Shown: in pieces, positions 44,720 to 63,930 of the stretch | Layout: each line of letters starts with the position of its first letter | Numbering within the stretch: position 1 is the first letter of the stretch | NCBI RefSeq assembly: GCF_009914755.1 | Contig: NC_060934.1 | DNA length: 64,000 nt | Strand: one strand, 5' to 3' | From: the human T2T-CHM13v2.0 reference genome, Homo sapiens | The notes under the pieces: model-generated | What the model was told of the DNA's origin: nothing | Database searches by the model: none | What the model saw: only the letters and a program-made list of their open reading frames with translations | Program-made: the position numbers and the translations under genes

Positions 44720-45480
44720 CCGTGCCCCCGAGATCACTGGTATGACTCCAAAGATTTTCCCTCTTGCCCCCGCTCCAGCAACGGGTGGCGGGACCAGGAC
44801 CTGTCCCTTCCGCCTGGGAACGGTGCCCTGGGGCAGGGTCCCCAAGGCTCCTCTCCACCGTGGAGGCTGAGGCCAAGCCCACGGCACAGGGCACAGGCTC
44901 TGGCGGGGCGTGTTCGAGGTTGGGCGTCAGCGGAGGCCGCAGGGGCTCGGGCGAGGCAGCCACTGGAGCGCGGAGCCGGCCCCACCTGCAGGGCCCGGGC
45001 TTCCCCTCTGACAAAAGCTGCTGTCGGGAGGGGCTGTAAAGCAGCAGAGAAGACCAGGCGAGGGATCTGCACCAGAGGAAGGGAGGCAGGCCTTTCCTGT
45101 ATTTATCTCTGCAGGAGCCGGGAGGGAAGCTCCTCCACGGAAAAGTGTCAAACCTTGCCCAAGCTCGCAGGTCCACGAGCGAAGCCCCCACCCCCTCTTC
45201 CCGCGCTGCTCCCAGGGGGCTGCCAACCTCGACCTCACGCAGCACTCTGTCCCCACCAGCCCCAGCCTCCCAGGCCCAGAGAGCGTGGCCCATAGTCCCC
45301 TTGGCGTCTTCTCACTCAGCGTGCCCCCTCCTGTGTGTCCCTGGGCAGTCTCTCAATGACCCGCTGTAAGGGGCCCTCTTAGGGGCAGGAGCGTCTGGCT
45401 CCTGTCCCTGGCTGAGACCCGTCTAGGCTGCCCCGCGCAGGGCCTCTCCCAGGTGCCTCCCTGGTTGTGGCGGGAACAGC
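44720..45480. promoter_or_regulatory. CpG-rich unique segment (orphan CpG island / enhancer or lncRNA promoter)
   Basis: Raised GC and CpG, GC boxes (ggcggggcg), not TE-derived. Confidence 0.5.
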
Positions 45481-46819
45481 CAGGTTTGTTCACTGGGAGC
45501 TGGAGTCCTGGCCTTGGGCGATTGCTCTGACTAGGGGGCTGACCCCCACTGACCCAGTCACCTGATCACCATCACCGGCCAGATCCCACCCCACGGCACT
45601 TGGGTGGTGCAGGTGTTCACTGGGCCAAACTGAGGTGCATGAGCAGAAAGCATCTCTCTCCGCAGGGCTGGGGTGGATGCCAACACTGGCCCCTGGGGTT
45701 GTTGGTGAGAAACCTCGATCAGCAAGAGGCCAGGGAGTGCTGGAGGCTGCTCTGGGGCTTCCGCCCGCTGGCCGCTGAGGTGAGATATTCAAATATCGGT
45801 GGGCGGGTTTTTCCCAGGTTAATCCTCTCTTAACTGACTGCACAGCCCAGAGGGAAATAGAAGAATCTCCAGGCCACCTTCAGAAATGAAGATGGATTCC
45901 TCGCAGAGTGCTAGCAGGAAGATACCTGATGGGCCGTCTAGTTCAACAGATTCCTCCCCATTCCACAGACAGCCCAGAGAGGAGAGGCACAAAGGATAAT
46001 AATGACAAAGAATAGACATGACTGTGATCCAGCAGCTACATTTGCCGTGTGCCCACTTGCGTGCCAGGCTTTGGGCCAGCTGCTCTGTGCACTTGCTTTT
46101 CATGATTCTGCCAGGTATGGATCGATGTACCCACTTTACAGATGATAAAACCGAACTCCAAGGAGAGAATGATATGAACAGAAGCTATCTCAGAGCTGGA
46201 GGCTTGGTTATGCTCCTTACTCACCCCACCACATTGAATCCCTCAACAAGCTGTCAGCAGCGACGTCATTAGTTTCATTTCACAGATACACCTCTGAAAT
46301 GAACTCGTGTTTTACTTTGGTCTCCCCTGGTTTTCCAGGCCTCCAAGCAGCCTCTGGGGCCACCTTCCCTGCTGGCCAGCTGTGTCCTTTCCTGCTGGAA
46401 CCACCCAGACCCAGGCTCCCCATGCTCATCAGCCTTGAGCCTAGCATCTCCTTGGGACTGACCTGCTGGGTGGCCACTCCCCCAGAGCCACCTACTCACT
46501 ATTACCTGCTAGATGCCTTGTAAATTCTCTTTATTTATTTATCTTTGGGGGTTTGTATGATTTTGTTTGTTACTTGTAAACAGTGGATTCATTTGACTTT
46601 TATCAAGTCATGTAAATGGATCTAATTTTATTTTTTGGTATATGTCTACCTGGTTATCCCAACATCATTTATTAACAGTCCATCTTTCCCCACTGATTTG
46701 AGATGCCACCTTTCTGTATGATACATTTTCACAGTTGAGGCTATTTCTGGATTTTCTATTCTGTTTTGTTGTTCTCTGTTTATTCCTGTGACACACTGTT
46801 TCCATGATAAAAGACTTAG

Positions 46820-47117
46820 GGCCAGGCATGGTGGCTCACACCTGTAATCCCAGCACTTTGGGAGGCTGAGGCGGGCGGATCATGAGGTCAGGAGTTCGAG
46901 ACCAGCCTGGCCAACATGGTGAAAACCTGTCTCTACTAAGAACACAAAAATTAGCCGAGCGTGGTGATGGGTGCCTGTAATCCCAGCTACTTGGGAGGCT
47001 GAGGCAGGAGAAACACTTGAAACCAGAAGGCGGTTTCAAGTGAGCCCAGATCGTGCCACTGTACTCCAGCCTGGGCAACAAGAGTGAAACTCTGTCTCAA
47101 AAAAAAAAAAAAAAAAA
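46820..47117 (+). mobile_element. Alu (AluSg-like)
   Basis: Full dimer with A tail; ggatcatgaggtcaggagttcg. Confidence 0.92.
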
Positions 47118-47179
47118 GTAGAGCATGTTTTAATTTCTGAGAAACCCAGCCTTCCCTCCTTGCTCGCATTCTCTCTCTC

Positions 47180-51545
<4,366 letters not shown>

Positions 51546-52944
51546 TCTCTTTTCAAAACATTCCCTCACCTTCCATACTGCCATTCCCCTTCCCTTTCCA
51601 AGCCTGCTGCTCACTGACATCCTCCCTCTGGTCCCACAGGACCTTCCTCAAAGTGGAGACTCTGTAGATAGAACCTCATTTCTGGCAAAGCTGCATCACT
51701 GATGTGAAGAAATAAAGCACTCAGAGTTAAACTGAAGTTTCAACTCTTTATTCTTACTTCCCCAAAATTAAACCATTTTGGCATGACAGGTGTGAGTCTG
51801 TGCATGGTGGCTGAGACCTGTATGGTGTGTGTGGTGTCTATGAACTTCCCCAAAGACAGACTGGAACTCGCCACACTAGGCATCTTGTATAGCACCAGGC
51901 ATATGGTAGTGTGGAGATGGTAGAGGAATACATGGATACATAAATCATGAGAGGCCTTATCCAGCACCTTATTGGAGCTCATACCCAAAGTGATGCCAGC
52001 ACTCTTGATCTCACACACCAAAGATAAATGTGCTTAGCCTCAAGGACTTGTTCTTAGCTTGAAAGCTCCTTGGGGAAAGCATTCTTATTTATTATTTGTG
52101 CCTCCAAAACACACCTTAGGACTTGGTCCTGGAAAATCCTAGTGCCAACTGAAATGGGTTGAATGGCCTGTGTTCACCTGGTGATGGCTCATGGTTCTTC
52201 ATCTTCTCAGTGGGCTCCTTTTGAGTTTTATGTTAACTCTACCAATATGGAGTTGGATCTTCAGGCCAGCTTTGAAAATTATGACAGAATTCGCTCATTT
52301 GTAGTTTTCCAATCCTCCCTCCTTCCTCCAAGTCTCATGGGATGTCAACAGTGGTATTGATCATTTCTTCTGCAGGCTCCAGGTGTCCTGTGGGTTTATC
52401 TTCCATTTGCACCAGTACTCACATCTCCCTGAAAGTACAATCTGATGGTGGGATCCTCTCTCTTTTTCTGGAGTTAATTACTATCCCCTTGGGGAATATG
52501 GAAATGCAACCAGCACACAGGAAGCTGCTTTCTCTCCAGGTTTGTTAAACATGTCCTGTTGCTGTGTAAATAGTTTTCTTTTTTTCTCCCAAGATGGTAT
52601 AGAAAATACATTGTAATAATGAAGTAGGGAAGTGCTTGCAATGAATTAAGTGAAAGAAAAACCCAACCAATTATGAAGGGGAATATATGGCATGATTCCC
52701 ATTTGTTAAGAACAAAAAATAAGACCAAAGAAATATACTTTGGTAAACATGGAAAAAAAGACTGAAATGCTATTGCTCAGCATAGGGTATTAGTGAGTTT
52801 TATTTTATTCCTTCTTCTTTTTATTTTTACATACTATTTAGAATTAACATGCTTCATTTTAAAAGTCAGAAAAATATTTATTTTTAAAAGTATTAACTTT
52901 TTAGTATATGGCCCTGATAAGTGATGGTAAGTGCTCTGAAGAGA

Positions 52945-53300
52945 TCATAGTGGAGACCGACAGCCTACCAAAATGCATTCTCTCTAATAACAGGATCGAG
53001 GCTGGCCCATGGCTGGTCTACACTTCCCAGTCTTCCTTGCAGCTCGATATGGCCATGTGGTTACAATAGCATGTGAGCCAAAGCGATGTAGACCACTCAG
53101 AGGCTGGGCCTTTATGGGCAGAGGTATGTCTTGTCTTGTCCACTCCCTTTCCTTTTTTACAGGCTGGATGCAGACGACAAGGCTATATGGGACAATGGAG
53201 CAATATTCCTAAATTGCTATATGGGGGAGAACCACCTGCCAACTTGAACAACTGGTGTAGACTGCTCTGCAGCAAGGAAGTAAACTCCATAGCAGCTCTG
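52945..53300 (+). mobile_element. MLT1 (I/J-like) MaLR LTR
   Basis: ctacacttcccagtcttccttgcagct.gatatggccatgtg...gtgagccaaagcgatgt. Confidence 0.65.
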
Positions 53301-54758
53301 CTCTGTTCATCATTGTTTCTTCAGGGCCTACCTGGGACCTGGCACAGAGGAGATGCTCTGTGTGTGTTTGTTGATTGGAACTAAACTTTTACTTTTCTGA
53401 CATCTTTGTCACAAAGCCATGAAGAAATTACATATCCTTATGACAATTTACTTAGAGTAAATAAAATACTATTTTTGTGTAAAATGTGAGATTGCAACAA
53501 TATGCTTCCATTGATTTCTCAGTCTTTGGTGCTGTAGTTGTGAAATACATTCTATCCACGTATGCTATCAACTCCAAAGTACAGCACTGCAATTTTCACT
53601 TTAAGCAGTCATAGTCTTTTAAAGAAGTTAAAATAATGAAAAGTACATGGTTTGTTTTTATTTACTCACACATTTGCTATTAATAGTGCTTTTCTTTTTT
53701 TCCTATAGATCCAAGTTTCCATCTGGCATCTTTTCCCTTCAGCTTCAAAAACTGCCTTTAGAATTTCTTATATTGCAAGGATGCTGGAGATGAATGATCT
53801 CAGCTTTTATTCACCTGAAATGAATGTATTTTATTCTCATTTTTACAGAGACATTCATTGGCTATTGAATTATTGGTTAACAATTTTTGTTGTTTTCCTT
53901 TAGCATATTAAAGATGTCTTTCTATTCTCTTATGGCATTCACTGCTTCTGATAAAACATCAGCCTTAAATAGTATTTTTGTTTCTCTTTGGGTAATATTT
54001 TTTTCTTTCTGACTGCTTTCTTGCTCTCTGACTGTTTTAAGATAATACATTTGTTTCTGATGTTTGACTATGATGTGCTAAGTGTGTTTTTTCTTTGCAC
54101 TTGGTGATGCTTGAGTTTTACTAAATTTATCATGTCTGCAATTTGCCGTTTTTCAATAAACCTGGGAAATTTCAAACATCATTTCTGCAAATGTGCTTTT
54201 CTGCCCTCCTCTCTCTCTGAGACCCCATTTACACATATATTATACCATTTCATATTGTCCCAAGAGCAGCTGAGTTTGTTTTTTTTCATCAATATTTTCC
54301 CCCTCTGTCCTTCAAATTGTATAATTTTTATTAATAAGTCTTTAAGTTCATTAACCCTTTTTTTCCTGTGGCCACCAATTTGCTGTTGGTCTATCAGTAA
54401 AATTTTTACTTCAGATATACTTTTCAGTTCTAGAATTTACATTTGAATCTTCTTGTATTTTCGATTTTTTTTTTTTTTGCTGAAATTTGCCTGCTTTTTT
54501 TTTAAGTTCCTGAATATATTTCTGATAGCTGCTTTAAAGTTCCTGTGAAATAATTCCAACATCTGGTTCATCTTGGGGTCTATTTCTATTGACAGTTTTT
54601 TATTTCTTGTTATGGGTTACATTCTTTTGCTTTTTCAGATTTCTACTAATTTTAACTCTATGCTAGATAGCATGGATGTTAAATTGAAAGGAGGCTGCAT
54701 TAAGTTTTCTTCCTTTAAAGCATCTTGAGTTTTGTTCTGGTTGGCAGTTAAATTCCTT

Positions 54759-55043
<285 letters not shown>

Positions 55044-55099
55044 TTACTGGAATATCCTTTTAATTCTGTCAGTCTTGCTTCTTTTATTCTTTGTTTGGT

Positions 55100-55135
55100 T
55101 GTATTAGGGTCCTCCAGAGAGACAGAACCAATTGG

Positions 55136-55173
<38 letters not shown>

Positions 55174-55650
55174 GTGTGTATATATCTATATATATACATG
55201 CCTGCTCTTGTTTGTTTATTTCTTTATGTATTACAAGGAATTGGCTCATATGATTATAGAGGATGAGAAGTCTTAAGATCTTCAGTCAACAAACTGGAGA
55301 CCCAGAAGAGCCAATGGTGTAAGGTCCAGTCTGAGTTCAAAGGCCTGAGAATCAGAAGAGCCAGTGTTGTAAGTGTTCCAGTCCAAGGGCAGGAGATGAC
55401 TGATGTTCCATCTCAAGGAGTCAAGCAGCCAAAGTGTCCTCTTACTCAGCCTTCTGTTCTATTCAGGTCTTCAACCGATTGGAAACCACCCATGCATATT
55501 AGGGAGAACAGTCTGCTTGACTCAGCCTACTGATTCGAATGTTCATCTCATCCAAAAATACCCTCACAGACATGCCCAGAATAATGTCTCGCCAAATGTT
55601 TGGGCACCTCATGGCCCAGTCAAGTTAACTCATAAAAGTAACTTATCACA
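55100..55650 (-). mobile_element. MLT2B-type ERVL solo LTR with internal (TA)n
   Basis: tgtattagggt.ctccagagagacagaaccaa...ggcccagtcaagttaactcataaaa.taac.tatcaca. Confidence 0.85.
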
Positions 55651-56608
55651 TGGAGCTATTTTATTTCAATTTTGAACTTGTTCCAACTTTATGGCTTTTA
55701 TTCTAGGCTGTGGTTCTTACTTCTTCAGTGTGGAGTCTGAGCTTCAGAGTTTTATGGTTTTAAATTTCCTCTCATCATTACCTTCATGTTTAGCCTGCAG
55801 GAGGACTCCTCTGATTGGTGTTTCAAGTTTGGTCTGCGGATTGGGGAGGAAGGAATACAAGAGGGCAGCTCTGAGCTTGGTGGGGTGAGGGCTCTGAGGT
55901 GTAAAGTGAAGTCCCACAATGCTCAGCAAGGTCTCTCCACACTCCATGGGATGCGACTGCAACATTCCAAGCACTGCACATTCTCTGTTACCTCCTTCAG
56001 TGCTCGGCCTTGGGTCAGTTGACCTCTGCTGGGTCTCTTGGAGTCTCACCCTGTGCACACATAGGAATCCTTGGCCAAGGGCACACACAATGAGTTCCCA
56101 CAAGGCACACTCTCCTCAGGAACCTGCCCTGAACATACCAGAGCCTTCAGCAGCTTTGAACTCTGACTTAAACCTTTTCAGTTCAGGGAGACTACTGTCT
56201 CTGGGGCCCCACCTGCCTGCATCATAGCAGAAAAAGCATCACTAGAAAAAACTCCAGGGCAATTGTGGGGCTCACCTTGTGTGTTTTCCTTATCTCAAGG
56301 ATCACAGTCTTGCTATTCAATGCCTGAAAACAATTATCTTGTGTATTTGAACTATTCTATAGTTGCTTTCAATGGGAGGGTATGTCCTATACCAGTTACA
56401 CCACCATAACTGGGTGCAGAAGTAAAACTGCCATTTTGGGGCAATTGTTTAAAAATCAGAGAATCTTACATTGCCCTTTAACAAAAATACACATTTACAT
56501 TAGCAGTTCATAGTTGCCCTGGCTGCTTCAGTGTCTTAGCTTTGGCAACTCTCTCACTAATAATAGCTTGCATTTGCACAGCCCTTTTCAGTATTTAAAA
56601 ACTCTCTT

Positions 56609-56900
56609 GGCCGGGTGCGCTGGCTTACGCCTGTAATCCCAGCACTCTGGGAGGCCGAGATGGGCGGATCACGAGGTCGGGAGATCGAGACCATCCTGTC
56701 TAACACGGTGAAACCCCGTCTCTACTAAAAATACAAAAAATTAGCCAGGCGAGGTGGTGGGCGCCTGTAGTCCCAGCTACTCAGGAGGCTGAGGCAGGAG
56801 AATGGCGTGAACCCCGGGGGGCGGAGCCTGCAGTGAGCCGAGATCGCGTCACTGCACTCCAGCCTGGGCGACAGCGAGACTCCGTCTCAAAAAAAAAAAA
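56609..56900 (+). mobile_element. Young AluY (Ye-like variant)
   Basis: CpG-rich; gaaccccggggggcggagcctgcag and gacagcgagac variants; TSD aaaa(a/c)ctctctt at a TT/AAAA site. Confidence 0.92.
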
Positions 56901-57409
56901 CCTCTCTTGCAAATATTATTTGATTTGTTCCTTCTAACAAGGCATTCATTCATTCTGCAAATAAGATGTCAATTATCTCAGTTAAGATAGTGAGAATTTC
57001 AACCTTGAGTTTCTAGCTCTGAATTTAGTGCTCTTTACCTGCCTGCTGCTGGCTACCCGGCAAGGTGCTGGGGTGGGTAGAAGGTAGGAGACCTGGGTGC
57101 AGGTGGGCCCTCCAGCAGACTTTGCGAGATCCCACTATGACAGACTCTCCGCGCTTCCTCTGGGCATTCACAGGCATGGGGTCCTGGCCTGTCCCATGCT
57201 GGCCACCCTTCCTGCCTCTGTGGAAGTTCCTCTGTCTAATCCGCTCTTACCATAGGCCTCTGATTTCAGGCAATATCTTCTTGTAGATTTTATTTATGAT
57301 TTCATTGGTGACAATGACGAGGGGTTTTCATCATATACAACAAACACTTCACTGCAAATTCTCTAAGGTTTTCTCTTTCCCTTGGCTGGCACTGCATGTA
57401 TCCTTTCAA

Positions 57410-57488
57410 TTTCTCTTTTCTTTTCTTTTTTTTCTTTTTTTTTTTTTTGAGACGGAGCTTCGCTCTTGCTGTCCAGACTGGAGTGCAG
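57410..57488 (-). mobile_element. Short Alu 3' fragment
   Basis: T tail + gagacggagcttcgctcttgctgtccagactggagtgcag. Confidence 0.8.
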
Positions 57489-58299
57489 CTGGATAGATCT
57501 CCTATTTTGGCTGCTGTCTACTGACAAGTTTGCACTGGTGGAGGTTGAGGTTTTGTGACAAATGTTATTTTCCTCTTTAAACCAATCTTGGAGCTTTACT
57601 CCATGTCATAACAAGTGATGTTGTTGCTGCCTCTCAGTCAGTCATGCATGGTCCACTGGTTTTGTGAGCTAGAGACAAGCGATGAGCTGCACTGAGGATC
57701 AAGGATCAGGCATTAGCGCTAACAAGTGCCCTTGCTCTTTGGCAAAATTCTCCTTTTACAGAGCACAAGCAGGATTGTGTGTGAATGGACATGCTTGTTT
57801 GTACTGTGGAGATGACGTTATGGATAGGTGACATGGATAATTCAGCCTAGTTTATATACTCAGAGGAATGAGAATTTGGAGTCTGAGTTTCAGAGACTTC
57901 CATTCTATGGTTTTAGATGTCCTCTCATCCTTGCCTCAGTGTTGGCCGCAGGAGGACTCCCCTCATTGGTGGTTCAAGTTCTATCTGAGGATGGGGGAGG
58001 AAGAAATCCAAGTGGGCAACTCTGAGCTTGGTGGGGTGAGGGCTGCCCAACCCATGCCATGTCCAGGGGTGCACTTAAACACACCTCTGATTAGATTCAC
58101 CTAACACCATCATTGTTCTCATTTTGCCAGAGGCCCAGAGAGGAGAGGTGTGCACCAGTGGTCACACGGCTAGTGAAGAGGGGACACAGAATCCAGACCT
58201 ACTCTTCTAGGGCTGGGCTGTACTTTCCATTTTGTCCTTGGCCCCAACCAGCACCGCTTGACCACGGAGGCTGCACAGCCAGCCCCAAGGGGCCTTGCT

Positions 58300-59100
58300 G
58301 CAGAACCCAAGTCACCCGCCAGAACTCCAGCAGCTCCGTGGTCGGCTGGAGAGTGGGCAGAGTCAGGCATCTGCCGGCTCTCCACTTCTGCTTTCTCCAG
58401 GAAATGAGCAGAGACCCAGCTCCAGTGATTCAGAGTGAAACGGCGCTGAGGACTGACGATGTGGGGCCGGGTCCTCTTCCCCCGAGCCTGAGGGGCTGCA
58501 GCTGGGGATAGGGGGCCCATGCCTTCTGATGTCTACAGGCGCTGACGGCCACCCCTCCAGGTAGGCCACCTTGCTCTTGGCCCAGCCAGGCCAGCCTAGA
58601 GGTGGGCATATGGGCGCCGCCTGTCAGCGTGGGGCCTACTGGCTGCCTCCTGGGAGGCTGACTATGGGGCACATGTGACCCAGTGCCTGGTTTGGGTTTG
58701 TGAATGTGGGAGAGGAGGTGAGCTGGGGAGCAGGAAGTGTGTGTGGCGTGGGGGGCCCATGTGGTCAGGGCCACTCCAGGGCCTGGGTCTGCCTGAGTGT
58801 GTGTCACTGCTGAAGTTTGGGAGTCAGGCTGGGCTCCAGCAGCACTCCTCGACCTCTGACGGTAGGTCAAGTCCTTTCTCGGGGTCCTGCTATGAAGGGA
58901 ACCCTGGGAAGGGCTGACACGGGCTTTCCTGGTTGTCGAGGGGGCGGAGAGAGCAGGCCGACAGGACAGTGAGGCTCGCCCTCCAAGCTCCCTCATAGGC
59001 CTCTGAGGAGTGCAGAGTTGGAGGGCCATTTCCAACGGGCCTCAGAGGGAGCTGGTCTATCCCGGCCCTGTCATTACTCCACTGGGTTCTGGTAAGTAGG
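58300..59100 (+). promoter_or_regulatory. WDFY4: Probable WDFY4 promoter / first-exon region
   Basis: GC-rich unique DNA with ETS (caggaagtg 58731), RUNX (tgtggt 58760) and IRF-like (gagtgaaac 58433) motifs and three + strand donors; identity inferred from recalled ARHGAP22-WDFY4 gene order. Confidence 0.55.
58432..58560 (+). other. WDFY4: Candidate non-coding exon 1 of WDFY4
   Basis: Inr-like ttcAga at 58432; donor CAG|gtaggc at 58560/58561; alternative donor CTG|gtaagt at 59090/59091. Confidence 0.45.
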
Positions 59101-59756
59101 TGCCTCCCTGGGCTCACTTCCCTCATCTGAATTATTACAGCAAACCATTGAAACGCCTGCATTTTCTGCCTAAGCAGGGCCACCTGCTCAGTAAGGACTG
59201 ATTCTTCTTTTCCCCTGAAATGAAACTTCTAGAACACTAAACCGATCCTTTGTCCCAACTCATCTAAAGTGTGGGGGGGCTGGTTTGATAACTAAGGGCT
59301 CTATGCATTACCTTTCCATGGAGCACACTAATTTTAATATGAGTTTATGTATAGTCATTCATTTAGTTATTTAACAAATAGGTATTGAGAAACCACGCCC
59401 TGCCAGGCTCTGGTCAAAGCGGACAGGGGTCTACGGTGCTCAGCAGGTGGGAGAATAGCAGGTAGGGTGGGGGTCTTGGGAGGGTGGGGATGGCTCTAGT
59501 CTTCTGAGAGGGGACCTGTGAGGGAGGCCGAGTCCTGTGGGTTTCTGAGAAGTGTTCTTGATAAGGGTCTGGAGGAGGAGACCTCGTGGAGGTTGGTGTG
59601 GCAGAGCCGGGTAAGGGGCATGCCTGGGGTTCTGGCCAGAGAGGTAGGGAACAGGGTCAGGTCAGGGAGGCCCTTCCTGTCTGTCCATCCTGAGCACATG
59701 GGCTATTCTTTCATGAACTTGGAAAGATTTTCTGTGTTGAAAGAAAAGAAAATTTC

Positions 59757-59897
59757 GGCCAGGCGCAGTGGTTCACGCCTGTAATCTCAGCACTTTGGGA
59801 GGCTGAGAGGGGCAGATCACCTGAGGTCAGGAGTTCAAGACCAGTCTGGACAACACGATGAAACTCCATCTCCAAAAAAAAAAAAAAAAAAAGAAGG
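59757..59897 (+). mobile_element. Monomeric Alu with A tail and 16-bp TSD
   Basis: Left arm ...tgaaactccatctcc(a)n; TSD aaagaaaagaaaattt at 59740-59755 / 59898-59913. Confidence 0.85.
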
Positions 59898-59999
59898 AAA
59901 GAAAAGAAAATTTAGAAAGACCATAATAAGATAGAAGTAATAAAAACAGCATAAACCCTGTGTGCTGACACCTTAGATTTTTTTAAAGATCAGCATCAT

Positions 60000-62100
<2,101 letters not shown>

Positions 62101-62209
62101 TATATTTTTATATTGTGTCAATTGTCATTAAAATACATTTTTGGACTGTTGCTATTTGGACTGATTCTTGTTCAAAATGCAAGCATTTTAAACAAGAATC
62201 ATTTTAGGT

Positions 62210-62580
62210 GTCATGTGAAGATTGTAGGAGACCAAAGGAAGAAGCAAGACTATCAGTTCAGAGGCTTTTGCAATAACCCAGGCTAGAGGTGGTGGTGGCT
62301 TGCCCCAAAGTGATAATAGTTGAGATAATGACAGGTGGTCAGAGTGGTCAGATTCTAGATACTTTTTTGAGGGTAGGATTTGATGACATTTTAGGTATAG
62401 AGCATGGGAGAAAGAGAGAAGCTAAAGATGACTCCAGAGTAACAGGAAGAATGAGATTATCACCTACTGAGCTGGCTTGAGGGCAGTAGAAGCAGATTTG
62501 GAAGGTGGAAGTAGAAGCAGAAATATGAGTTTGGTCATACAAAGATGGAGATGCTTGTTAGACAATATGTGAAGAAATGA
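62210..62580 (-). mobile_element. L2 fragment
   Basis: gcaataacccaggctagaggtggtggtggctt...aaagatgactccag. Confidence 0.6.
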
Positions 62581-62887
62581 AGGCTTGGCCCCCTCCACCC
62601 CCACCCCAGTGAACTTCATGGTAGACAAGCAAGGCAGCTTGGCCAACTGGCAGAAAGAAGGAATATATCTTGTGTAGGAGGGTAAGGAAAATGAACTTCT
62701 CAGAGTTCCTAAAGCCACACCTTAGAGCTGCTACCCGTTTTATTTACAATTAGGGGCTTGCATTTGTAATCTCCCTCCAAGTGCTATAAACCATCAAAAT
62801 GCAGATAGATGATATCTCCTAAACCCTTGGCTGCCAGTCCCCTTTGAGGTATCTGCACTCCTTAAAAACTTAAATATCAAAGTCTAG

Positions 62888-63215
62888 ACCTTTGTTATCC
62901 AATACAGAAGCCACTAGCCATACTTGAAATGTAGCCGATGTGAATTGAGATGCACTGTAAGTGTGAAATACACACCAGATTTTAAAGATGTTACAAACTA
63001 ACAACAAAAAATTATAAAATACCTCAGTACCTGAAAATATTGATTACATAGTGAAAATATTTTGGATATATTGGGTTAAGTGAAATATACTTTAAACATT
63101 AATTTAACCTATTTATTTTTATTTTTAAAATGTGTCTACCAGAAAATTTGAAATTACACATGTGGCTGGAAGTTGTGCCTGGCTTTCTATTTCTAATATT
63201 TCTATTGGACAGCAG
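62888..63215 (-). mobile_element. MER33 hAT-Charlie element
   Basis: tccaatacagaagccactagcca...tgtaagtgtgaaatacacaccagattt...ttctattggacagc. Confidence 0.75.
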
Positions 63216-63930
63216 CCTTTAGAGGAATGATACTTCTTGTTTTATGGCCAGAGGCTTTCATGGGAATAGAGTTTGAGATGGATGAGAGGTAGGAGAAGTG
63301 AAAAGCCACTTGAACCAAATAATTCCAAGGAGAAAGAAAATATACAAGCTAATAATAATGGGTTTAGTACCTAAATAAACCAGGGACTTGTACTTGCAAG
63401 CTCACTTAATCCTCAAGATGAGATAAGTTTCATTATTCCCATTTTACAGATGAGAAAATGGAGACTCAGAGATGTAAGGTTCTTTGCCCTTGAAGAGTGA
63501 GTGACTGAGCTGGGATTTGATCCTAGTTCCACCTGATTTTAAAGCCTGTGCACTTGCATTAGACCACACTACCACTAAAGGGCTGAAGAAGCTACACTTC
63601 TAGAAAGGAATAGTGAATATTTGGCAGGAGTATGACAGTGGTTCTTCCCTTTTGGCTGAATGATTAATTCTTCTTTTGAGAATTCATAGGAAACAAAATC
63701 ATTGCAGCAGGGATCCTTCCCCTCAGCATTGCCCATGACAGCAGTGGAGACAATCTGAGCATCCAGTTATTACAGAGTGAGAGTCAATTATGGGTGATCC
63801 ATCAGGAGGATGCTCCATGGTCACTAGGTCTGATACTTTAAGGAAAAGGGCAATGTAGAACATGTTTATGATATGATGGATGATTAATGCAATCAAATCA
63901 TTTTCACATTAATTACAAGCAAAATATACT

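Noticed and set aside
57590-57800. Unique segment considered as a small RNA or conserved element
   Set aside because: No convincing hairpin, box C/D, H/ACA or Pol III motifs by eye; conservation cannot be judged without alignments.
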